NCBI GenBank assembly: GCA_902776455.1
Contig: CACYQI010000026.1
Location: 5,686 to 69,685, forward strand
Reading direction: 5' to 3'
Origin: an uncultured Bacteroidales bacterium
Lineage (GTDB): Bacteria > Bacteroidota > Bacteroidia > Bacteroidales > Bacteroidaceae
DNA length: 64,000 nt
Below are positions 17,963-25,968 of this stretch, in pieces. Below the pieces are notes generated by a model. That model had not been told where the DNA came from. It was given only the letters and a program-made list of their open reading frames with translations, and searched no databases. Positions within the stretch are counted from its first letter, which is position 1. Each line of letters begins with the position of its first letter. A program made the translations under genes and the position numbers.

Positions 17963-20900
17963 GCGGCTTTCGGTTTTTGGATGTGGAAGATTGTGGTGTA
18001 GAGGATAGGCAGGAAGACGAGGGTAATGATGGTGCCCATAGCGAGGCCCGACATGATGCTGACCGCCATAGAGCCGTACATCGGGTCGCCCATTAGCGGA
18101 GCCATACCGAGGATGGTGGTCAGCGAGGCCATCACCACAGGGCTGGTGCGGCTGACCGTCGCGTTCACCACGGCATGATAGGGGTGTTGCTTCTCCTCGC
18201 GCCTTAAGCGGTTGATTTCGTCCACCAGCACGATGCCGTTCTTTGTCATCATGCCCACGAGGCCCATCACGCCGAGGATGGCGATGAAGGTGAAGGGCAT
18301 GTCGATGAGCAGAAGCACGGGAACGATGCCGCAGACGATGAAGGGCAGGCAGCAGACGATGAGGAGAACCTGCTTCCAGCTGTTGAACAGGAGGAGCATA
18401 ATGACGAGGATGAAGAAGAAGGCCACGGGGAAGAGCTTGAGCAGAGATGTTGCTGCTTCGCCGGAGCTGCCGCCTTCGCCCTGCCAGCCTACAGAGTATC
18501 CTGGTGGCAGAGGTATGGCCGCAATCTTTTCGCGGATGTCTTTCTCCACGTTGCCGGGTGTTGCATTCTCGTTCAGCGGGTCGGGGTCGCATTCGGCCTC
18601 AATGGTGCGCTGACCGTTCTTGCGTATCACAAGTCCTTCTTCCCAAGCCATTTGCATCTTGTTTGCCACAGCGGTGAGCGGCAGGCTGCTGAGCATCTTG
18701 TTCTCCATGTCGTCGATGCTGGTGGTGCCGCTTAGGAGTCCCTTCACGTCGTCGTTGTCGATGTTGAGGTTGAAGTCGCTCCAGACGGGGATGTGCGGCA
18801 AGTCCATGATGGCCGAGCCGTCCTCGTTGCGAACCTGCATCTGCACGATGACCGTCTTGTCCTGGTCGGAGATGACGCCCACGGGCAGTCCGTCGGTGGA
18901 TGCCAGAAGCGCATTTGCCACGTTGCCTCGGTTCAGGCCGCGGCGGACGGCATCGCTCTGGACGTAGTCAGCCACGATGGTCATTCCCTTCGGATGCCAG
19001 TTGTTCTGCACGGAGTACTTGTCCACATACTTGCAGTCGCGCATGATGTCCTCGGCTTGCTTGGCAAGTTGTCGGAGCACCATGGGGTCGGGGCCTTGAA
19101 ATTCCACCTCGACGGTATGGGTGGTGCTGATGCTGAAGTTGTAGTTTCGGAAACGGATGTAAGCGTCGGGATACTCGGCGCGAAGCTTTGGACGCAGTTC
19201 GGCGATGGCTGCCTTCATGGTCTTGAAGTCCTTGCAGTCCACGATGAGTTCGCCGTAGTGCTCGCCTCCGCTGTTCATGGGACGCACGAAGCTGTAGCGG
19301 ACAGGCGAGGAACCCATCGCTGCCGTCACGCGGTCAATCTTCTCGTTCTTCAGCAACTCCTCGGAGAGCGCCAGCAGGTCGTTCCTTGTGCGGTCGGGGC
19401 TGCTCTGTGGTGGCAAGTAGTATTCGATGACGAACTGCCCGTAGTCGAAGTCGGGGAAGAACACTCTTCGCAGCTGCGTGAAGCCCCATCCGCACAGGCA
19501 AAGCAGGGCGACGGCGCAGACGATGGTCAGGCGTTTGTAGTCGATGAGCATGGCTATCAAGCCTCGTATGGCTTTCTGCATCTTGTTGTCGCTCACGTCT
19601 TCGCCCGTCTTGTTCTTCATTCTCAGCGGCAACCATGCGGCGACGCAGGCCGGCACCTGTACCATAGCCAGCACCCAGGAAGCCAGCAGCGAGATGCAGA
19701 GCACGAGGAAGAGGTCGCGGCAGTATTCGCCTGCCGTGTTGGGCGAGAGGTAGGTGGGCAGGAACGTCAGCACGGCGATGATGGTGGCGCCCAGCATGGG
19801 CAGCGCCGAGTTGTTGACGATGTTGTAGAGATAGCTTTTGGGCGAGAGTCCTCTCTTGCGGTCGGCCAGGATGCCGTCGAGGATGACGATGGCGTTATCG
19901 ACAAGCATACCCATTGCCACGATGAAGGCGCCGAGGGAGATACGCTGCAGGGTGCTGCCGCAGAGCAGCAGGATGGGGAACGACACGGCGATGGAGAGCA
20001 CGAGGCTGGTGCCGATGATCATGCCGCCCCGGAAGCCGTACATGAACATGAGGACGATGATGACGATGAGCACCGACTCCAGGAGGTTGATCATAAAGCC
20101 GCCGATGGCGGAGTTCACCTGGTCGGGCTGGAAGAATATCTTCTCCGTTGCGAAGCCCACCGGGACGCGTTGCATCACTTCGGCCATCTTGGCATCGACG
20201 GCTTTGCCCACGTCCGGGACGATGACTCCGTCGTTGCACGTCAGGCAGATGCCCAGGGCGGCCTTTCCGTTGACGAAGAATCCGCCCGTCTGCGGCTCCT
20301 TGTAGCTGCGTTCCACGGTGGCGATGTCGCCCAGCCGCATCAGCTTGCCGGTCGTGGTTCGGATGTAGAGGTCGGCGATGTCCTGTTCGTCCTCCAGTTC
20401 ATGGCTGACGCGCATCTCGATGCGGTCCTCGCCGTTGGTGTATTTGCCGCTGTTCACGGTCTTGCCCGCACCTCGCAGGCCGAGCATCACTTGTGTGGGG
20501 ATGATGCCGTTGCGGGCCAGTTTGTCCTTCGAAAGGATGATGTTGATGACCTCCTTCCGCGTGCCGATGATGTTGATGCGCTTCACGCCTTTGACGGTCA
20601 GCAGCTCGCGGCGTATCAGTTTTGCATAGCGTTCCAGCTCTGCATAGCTGTAGCCTTCGCCGGTGAAGGCGTAGAAGAGTCCATAGACGTCCAGCATGTC
20701 GTCGATGACGATGGGCGGGTAGCAGCCCGACGGTAGCTTCATCTGCACGTCGTTTGCCTTGCGGCGAAGCTGGTCGAAGTGCTGTTCCATCTGCGACATC
20801 TTCACCTCGTCGGCAAACTTCACCGTGATGACGGCCATTCCGGACTGGCATTTCGACTCCAGGCTCTTGATGTTGGGCAGCGTGCGCAGCTCGTCCTCCA

Positions 20901-21108
20901 TCACCTGCACGGCTTTCAGCTCCACTTCGTGAGCTGAGGCTCCGGGGTAGATGAGCGCTACTGATGCCTGCTTGATGGCTACGGCGGGGTCTTCCAGCTT
21001 AGGCATGTTCAGGAAGCTGAACACGCCCAGGAAGAGGATGCCCACCACGAAACTCCAGAATATGCTGGGGCGCTTCACGAAAAACTCAGTTAGTCCTCTT
21101 GCATTCAT
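17959..21108 (-). CDS. RND efflux permease (AcrB/HAE1-like)
   Basis: 1049 aa with 12-TM RND architecture, flanked by adaptor and TolC genes. Confidence 0.9.
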   Translation of the reverse strand: MNARGLTEFFVKRPSIFWSFVVGILFLGVFSFLNMPKLEDPAVAIKQASVALIYPGASAHEVELKAVQVMEDELRTLPNIKSLESKCQSGMAVITVKFADEVKMSQMEQHFDQLRRKANDVQMKLPSGCYPPIVIDDMLDVYGLFYAFTGEGYSYAELERYAKLIRRELLTVKGVKRINIIGTRKEVINIILSKDKLARNGIIPTQVMLGLRGAGKTVNSGKYTNGEDRIEMRVSHELEDEQDIADLYIRTTTGKLMRLGDIATVERSYKEPQTGGFFVNGKAALGICLTCNDGVIVPDVGKAVDAKMAEVMQRVPVGFATEKIFFQPDQVNSAIGGFMINLLESVLIVIIVLMFMYGFRGGMIIGTSLVLSIAVSFPILLLCGSTLQRISLGAFIVAMGMLVDNAIVILDGILADRKRGLSPKSYLYNIVNNSALPMLGATIIAVLTFLPTYLSPNTAGEYCRDLFLVLCISLLASWVLAMVQVPACVAAWLPLRMKNKTGEDVSDNKMQKAIRGLIAMLIDYKRLTIVCAVALLCLCGWGFTQLRRVFFPDFDYGQFVIEYYLPPQSSPDRTRNDLLALSEELLKNEKIDRVTAAMGSSPVRYSFVRPMNSGGEHYGELIVDCKDFKTMKAAIAELRPKLRAEYPDAYIRFRNYNFSISTTHTVEVEFQGPDPMVLRQLAKQAEDIMRDCKYVDKYSVQNNWHPKGMTIVADYVQSDAVRRGLNRGNVANALLASTDGLPVGVISDQDKTVIVQMQVRNEDGSAIMDLPHIPVWSDFNLNIDNDDVKGLLSGTTSIDDMENKMLSSLPLTAVANKMQMAWEEGLVIRKNGQRTIEAECDPDPLNENATPGNVEKDIREKIAAIPLPPGYSVGWQGEGGSSGEAATSLLKLFPVAFFFILVIMLLLFNSWKQVLLIVCCLPFIVCGIVPVLLLIDMPFTFIAILGVMGLVGMMTKNGIVLVDEINRLRREEKQHPYHAVVNATVSRTSPVVMASLTTILGMAPLMGDPMYGSMAVSIMSGLAMGTIITLVFLPILYTTIFHIQKPKAA

Positions 21109-21147
21109 AATGGGATAGTCTGATTGTTAAACAGTCTGAGTGTCAAA

Positions 21148-22206
21148 TCACAAGAGGTCGCCAATGTTGGTCTTCTGCGGTACAACCACCTTCACCTTCT
21201 CGCCGTCGTGGAGCATGCCTACGCCTGCCTTCACCACGCGCTCGCCTTCCGAGAGGCCGGAGGTGACGAAGATTTCGCCTTCGGTGCTTACCGTGCCGGT
21301 GGTGATGGCACGTTGCTTCACCACGTTGTCCTGCCCGACGACCCAGACATAGCTCTTGCCGCCGTCCTCGAAGACAGCATGGGGCGGGATGGTCAGGCCG
21401 TCGCTACGGTCGTCGCCGCTTACTTCGATGAAGACATCGACGCTCTGTCCGGCGCTGAGCACACCGTTCTGCAAGGCGAACTTCAGCGTGAAGAGCTGGT
21501 TGGAGTCGGCTTTGGGGAGCAAGCCCGTCTGCCGAAGCTCGTACTGCTGCCCTTTGTGGATGCAGTAGGCGCGAGTGAAGCTGTCGTGCAGGGCATAGAT
21601 TTCGGCCGGCACGTTAATCTGGACTTCCATGCTCCGGGCGTCGATGATGTCGAACACAGGCAGGCCTGCGCTCACCATCTCTGCGGGTTCGAAGTTCACC
21701 TTCTGTATGGTGCCGTTCACGGGTGCCGTGAGTCGGGTGTAGCTCAACTGGTTCTTGGCGTTCTGCAGCTTGATGCCCAGCTGTTCCAGTCCGCTGGTGG
21801 CTTTCTCGTAGTCGTTGCCGGAGAGGCTGTTGCCTTCGTAGAGCTGACGGAGTCGCTCCACTTCGTTCTTCAGCTGGTTGTACTGCGACTGGGCGGCATC
21901 CACCTGAAGCTGATAGTCTTTGGCGTCGAGCGTAGCCAGCAGCTGACCGCTCTTGACGCGGTCTCCCTCCTTGACCAGGATGCGCTCTATCTGCCCAGGC
22001 GTGCGGAAGCCGAGGCTCACGGTGGCGTGCTCCTTCACGATGCCGGAGAAGTTCTTCCGCATGGTGGCTTGCCTGTTCTTGGGCGTCACGGTGATGACAT
22101 TGTGTACGGTCTCTGCGGCCTTCTCTTCGGTCTTGCTGCCGCAGCTGCTCATCAGGGCTGTACCCAGCAACGCTACAGGCAGAATCAGTTTGGTGATGGT
22201 TCTCAT
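21148..22206 (-). CDS. RND periplasmic adaptor lipoprotein (MFP/HlyD family)
   Basis: Lipobox LMSSC, coiled-coil and barrel-sandwich pattern, first gene of the operon. Confidence 0.85.
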   Translation of the reverse strand: MRTITKLILPVALLGTALMSSCGSKTEEKAAETVHNVITVTPKNRQATMRKNFSGIVKEHATVSLGFRTPGQIERILVKEGDRVKSGQLLATLDAKDYQLQVDAAQSQYNQLKNEVERLRQLYEGNSLSGNDYEKATSGLEQLGIKLQNAKNQLSYTRLTAPVNGTIQKVNFEPAEMVSAGLPVFDIIDARSMEVQINVPAEIYALHDSFTRAYCIHKGQQYELRQTGLLPKADSNQLFTLKFALQNGVLSAGQSVDVFIEVSGDDRSDGLTIPPHAVFEDGGKSYVWVVGQDNVVKQRAITTGTVSTEGEIFVTSGLSEGERVVKAGVGMLHDGEKVKVVVPQKTNIGDLL

Positions 22207-22257
22207 ATTATTGGATGTAATTTAATGTATTGTACGCGTGTTCTAATAAATTAGTTG

Positions 22258-22265
22258 CAAAAGTA
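22258..22265 (-). promoter_or_regulatory. -7 box TACTTTTG for RND operon 1
   Basis: Plus strand reads caaaagta, 52 nt upstream of ATG 22206. Confidence 0.6.
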
Positions 22266-22395
22266 GTTAAAAATCATTAATTATTGATGGTTTTCACATT
22301 ATTATTTGTTCAATTTGCACACTATTTAACAAATTAAATCGATATGTGTTAATGATTGTAAAGCCGTGTCGTATGAGGTCTTGCAATGTACTGTG

Positions 22396-22554
22396 TTTGT
22401 CAGAGAATTTCGCAATCGGACGCGCTCTGACGCGTTCTTTTTGCTTCTGTGGCACTTTGGTCCACCGAAGGCGAGAAATGGGCTTAAATCGAATTTGCGG
22501 TGATTATCAGTCGGTTAGAAACGGGCATTTTGTCGAGGAGGGTTAAGAAAGTGT
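22396..22554 (+). repeat. 159-bp dispersed element (X family), copy 1
   Basis: tttgtcagagaatttcgcaat...ggcactttgg...cttaaatcgaat...gtgattatca...gttaagaaagtgt. Other copies lie at 38192-38350 and 46835-46993. Confidence 0.8.
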
Positions 22555-22644
22555 CAGGTCAGCACACAGTGCTGATAAACGGAACAAAGATTGAAGTGGA
22601 AAATTGAAAGTGGAAAGGGGAAAGTTAATGTGGAGGAAAAGGCG

Positions 22645-22685
22645 ACACAACGTGGAGTGTAAGCCGACACTCCACGGAGCATCGG
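22645..22685. repeat. A-family units forming a hairpin (cgtggagtg-taagccga-cactccacg)
   Basis: One forward and one reverse A word, about 90 nt downstream of X copy 1. Confidence 0.75.
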
Positions 22686-22778
22686 ACAAGCCACCGTGTC
22701 GTATCGTCAGACACGACGTTAGGCGGCCCTTTTTGCTGTCAGGATTTTTCGGCGATTCCCTGCAAGGGAAGTTTCGCC

Positions 22779-24836
22779 TCAGAACTGGAAATAGATGAAG
22801 GGCTGCATTTCTGCGCTCACGAACTGGTAGATGATGACGACCATGACGATGCAGACGAGGCACATCGCGGGCAGGGGCATCGTGGCGAAGGCAAGGCGGT
22901 AGCGGCGTTTCCATTGCTCTGGAAGCCAATGGATTATCATGCCTGCGATGAAGAGAAGGAAGACGGCCCGATGGGTGCTGGCTATGGCCCAGACGTCGCC
23001 CGTCCAGCGTGAACCGATGCGCGTCACCATCTCTCTGGCCGTCTGCCACGCCTGTTGGTTGGCCGTAGCAGGGTCGAGGTTGCTGCCCGAGCGGAAGAAA
23101 AGGCGCGTGAAGCTGATGAAAGTGAAGGTGACAAGGATGGCCCACGGCCGCGCAAGAGCAGCAGGTAGAAGCCTAACGGGCTTTTGGAGAACGCTGAAGA
23201 CTCTGAATTCTCTGAATGCTCTGAGTGCTCTGAATGCTCCGAGTTCTCTGAATACTCCGATTATTCTGAATGCTCTGATAAACCTCAGCCAAGCGCTGAT
23301 GGCGATGAAGCCTGTGAAGCAGAGGAAGATGCGCCATACTGGTGCCGGCATGAAGACGGTGAGTGCCCAGCAGACAAGGGCTGCGGCTGTGGTGGCGATG
23401 GCGCGGTGGAGGGGCTTTGCGTCGCGCCAGAACTTATAGACAATCATGCCCACGCCGTTCAGTCCGCCCCAGATGAGGAAGTTGAGGCTTGCGCCGTGCC
23501 AGAGACCGCCCAGCAGCATCGTCACCATGCTGTTGAGGTTCGCATAAATCTTCTTGCGGCGGTCGGGACAACGCCATGCCGTCAGGATGACAGAAAGGGC
23601 GAGAAGCAAAGCGCCTGCTGCCACCCAGATGCTGCCGCTCAGGATGAGGCCGGCAAGCGTGAGAACCGCAATCCAGAAGTACGTCCCGAAGGTGATGTTG
23701 CGGTTGCCGCCTAAGGGAATGTAGAGATACGTCTGTAGCCAGCGGCTCAGGCTGATGTGCCATCGCTTCCAGAAGTTCGAGCAGTTCTCGGCCTTATAGG
23801 GCGAGTTGAAGTTGCGGGGCAGGTGGAAGCCCATCAGCAACGACAGGCCGATGGCAATGTCCGTGTAGCCCGAGAAGTCGGCATACACTTGGAGGGAGTA
23901 GAGGAAAAGGGCGGCGAGGTTCTCGAAACCCGTGAACAGCAATGGATTGGCAAAGACGCGGTCGATGAAGTTGAGTGCCAGATAGTCGCTCAGGATGATC
24001 TTCTTCGTCAGTCCTCCCACTATCCAGAAGATGGCGATGCCAAACATTCTGCGGCTCAGGAAGTAGCGTCGGTAGAGCTGCGGAATGAAGTCGCTGGCCT
24101 TGACGATAGGGCCTGCCACGAGTTGCGGGAAGAAGCTGACGTAGAAGCCGAAGTCGAGGATGTTGCGGACGGGACGGATGAGGCCTCGATAGACATCGGC
24201 GGTGTAGCTGATGACCTGGAAGGTGTAGAACGAAATGCCTACGGGCAGGATGATGCGGTCCACGCTGAACACAGGGCTACCGGCAGCCGCGTTGAACCAC
24301 TCGGCAGCTATGTTCCTCACTTCAAGCTCGATGCCGAAGATTTGTCCCACTATGTCGGCGAAGAAGTAGCTGTACTTGAAGTAGCAGAGGATGCCGAGGT
24401 CGAGCGTCACGCTCAGTGTGAGCCACAGGCGTTTACGCCACTCCGACGTGCTCCGATAGATGCGCTGGGCGATGAAGAAGTCGCTGCAAGTCACCAGCAG
24501 CAGCAGTCCCACGAAGAGTCCGCTCGTCTTGTAGTAGAAGAGCAGGCTCACGGCCATGAGGTAGGCGTTGCGCAGGAGCGTCCGCCGCCCCATAAGGGAA
24601 AAGCCCGCAAAGACAATGAGGAAGAACACCCAGAAGTGCATCTGCGTGAAGAGCAGCGGGCTGTTCTCGTCGAAGGAGAACACCTTCTGCAGGTAGGCTA
24701 TGAGGAGGTCAAAGTCCAAGGGCGTGGGAGTTTTCGGAGAATTCTGAGTGATCGGAGTTTTCGGAGTATTCTGAGTTTTCGGAGTATTCTGAGTGCTCTG
24801 AGTACTCTGATATGGCCTTGAAGAGCAGGTCGGCAA
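22779..24836 (-). CDS. MBOAT family O-acyltransferase (AlgI/DltB-like); start codon uncertain (TTG 24836, TTG 24719 or ATG near 24641)
   Basis: Multi-TM protein with the conserved RWHISLSRWLQTYLYIPLGGNR histidine block. The N-terminal 40 codons read through the 9-mer array and overlap the upstream gene. Confidence 0.8.
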   Translation of the reverse strand: MPTCSSRPYQSTQSTQNTPKTQNTPKTPITQNSPKTPTPLDFDLLIAYLQKVFSFDENSPLLFTQMHFWVFFLIVFAGFSLMGRRTLLRNAYLMAVSLLFYYKTSGLFVGLLLLVTCSDFFIAQRIYRSTSEWRKRLWLTLSVTLDLGILCYFKYSYFFADIVGQIFGIELEVRNIAAEWFNAAAGSPVFSVDRIILPVGISFYTFQVISYTADVYRGLIRPVRNILDFGFYVSFFPQLVAGPIVKASDFIPQLYRRYFLSRRMFGIAIFWIVGGLTKKIILSDYLALNFIDRVFANPLLFTGFENLAALFLYSLQVYADFSGYTDIAIGLSLLMGFHLPRNFNSPYKAENCSNFWKRWHISLSRWLQTYLYIPLGGNRNITFGTYFWIAVLTLAGLILSGSIWVAAGALLLALSVILTAWRCPDRRKKIYANLNSMVTMLLGGLWHGASLNFLIWGGLNGVGMIVYKFWRDAKPLHRAIATTAAALVCWALTVFMPAPVWRIFLCFTGFIAISAWLRFIRAFRIIGVFRELGAFRALRAFREFRVFSVLQKPVRLLPAALARPWAILVTFTFISFTRLFFRSGSNLDPATANQQAWQTAREMVTRIGSRWTGDVWAIASTHRAVFLLFIAGMIIHWLPEQWKRRYRLAFATMPLPAMCLVCIVMVVIIYQFVSAEMQPFIYFQF
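23196..23285. repeat. 10 x 9-nt in-frame tandem repeat (J family, GAATGCTCT) inside MBOAT
   Basis: gaagactct gaattctct gaatgctct gagtgctct ... translated on the minus strand as RAF/REF/RVF/GAF triplets (IGVFRELGAFRALRAFREFRVF). Confidence 0.9.
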
Positions 24837-25968
24837 GCAGTTCGTAGCCGGGGCGCAGGAAGTGAATGTGGTCGCGGTTCATCAGGTGTGCGTTCACCCA
24901 ACGATTGCTGCTGCCGTAGCCTCCCATGATGCGGAACTGGTTCCACACGGCTCCGTCGCATTCCCTTGCCAGTTCCATCATGGCCTGCTCCACCTTCTGC
25001 GTGTTGCGGTTGAGCGTTCTGCGCTGACGGCCTACGCGAAGGAAGCAGTCGTTGTTGGTGATGAAGAGAAAACAGACCTTCGGGTTGACCTTGCGCAACT
25101 CGTCCATGAGGGTGCGATAGGAGGCCTTGAACGCCTCGGCATTGAAATGCGAAGGCGGCACGTTGGCGTCGTTGATGCCTATGCCGAAGATGACCAGGTC
25201 GGGCGGACAGAGTTGCGACAGCTCTTCCGTCAGCAGTTCGCAGCGAAGCCACGACGGCACACTGGCCCCGTTCACCCCGCTTTCGCTGTAGGTGATGCGT
25301 TGTTCTGTTTCGGGATAGATGCCGCGCAGCACGAAACGTCCGCTGCCGTTCATGCCTCGGAAGGCTATCGTGCAGAGGCTGTCCGGCTGTCGGAGGGAGA
25401 AGCAGAAGTCGTCGCCCTGCCGCTTGGCCCTAAGGGTGTCGCCACCATCGAGGAGCAGCAACGGCTCGGCCCCGCCTTCGGCTTTACCGATGACGTGCAG
25501 ACGGCGGAAGGCATATCTGGCAGGAGATTCCAGACGCAACGAGGCAAGGCTGTCGGAAGTTATGGCGGCTGCACCGCTCATGCCGAGCTGTTCCGAAGGC
25601 AGAGGCTCGATACAACGCGACCTCTCCCACGTGCCGCTGGGCGTCAGACTGTAGTCGGTGGGCGCATTCGTGCGGATGGCTTTCCAGGGGAAGAGCAGTC
25701 CGCGCGACGCTCCGATGCGCTCCCTCAGCCGGTTCGGAAAGATGCCTGCCTGTACGTGGCTGCCGCCGATGTGCAGGATGTTCACGTGCTTGCTGCTGTC
25801 GCGCAGGCAGCAGAGCAGCGAGTCGAACCGTGCATGCGACCCCGGAAAGTCGAGCCGGTTCTCGCCCAGGTGCAGGCCGGCCGGCTCGGGGCTGGGAATG
25901 TTGTCCCATGCCGAAAGCGCAAGGGACATATACATTATTATATATATAATAGTAGCGAAGCGTTTCAT
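24709..25968 (-). CDS. SGNH/GDSL-like hydrolase family protein (acyl-transfer partner of MBOAT)
   Basis: Signal/anchor peptide, block-I-like ILHIGGSHVQ. There is a 4-nt overlap with the upstream gene. The C-terminus runs into the 9-mer array (EYSEHSEYSENSEYSENS). Confidence 0.6.
   Translation of the reverse strand: MKRFATIIYIIMYMSLALSAWDNIPSPEPAGLHLGENRLDFPGSHARFDSLLCCLRDSSKHVNILHIGGSHVQAGIFPNRLRERIGASRGLLFPWKAIRTNAPTDYSLTPSGTWERSRCIEPLPSEQLGMSGAAAITSDSLASLRLESPARYAFRRLHVIGKAEGGAEPLLLLDGGDTLRAKRQGDDFCFSLRQPDSLCTIAFRGMNGSGRFVLRGIYPETEQRITYSESGVNGASVPSWLRCELLTEELSQLCPPDLVIFGIGINDANVPPSHFNAEAFKASYRTLMDELRKVNPKVCFLFITNNDCFLRVGRQRRTLNRNTQKVEQAMMELARECDGAVWNQFRIMGGYGSSNRWVNAHLMNRDHIHFLRPGYELLADLLFKAISEYSEHSEYSENSEYSENSDHSEFSENSHALGL
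24728..24808. repeat. 9 x 9-nt tandem repeat (J family, GAGTATTCT) at the SGNH/MBOAT junction
   Basis: Same orientation and word family as 23196-23285. It is read in two different frames by the two overlapping ORFs. Confidence 0.9.

Noticed and set aside
16589-18592. 667-aa version of the TolC ORF given in the track.
   Set aside because: The upstream 210 codons overlap the 3' end of the RND pump gene and are Arg/Pro/His-rich. A proper signal peptide starts at ATG 17962 with an ATGA stop-start overlap.
18793-20736. Long antisense ORFs opposite real genes. Examples are 6321..7580, 15353..16528, 18793..20736, 21124..22254, 23757..24821, 24862..25989, 29482..31524, 36607..37680, 45154..46212, 60865..61800 and 62747..63880.
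   Set aside because: Each lies entirely opposite a gene with clear family motifs. Their translations are Arg/Ala/Gly/His-rich low-complexity sequence typical of shadow frames in GC-biased coding DNA, and none shows a recognisable domain.
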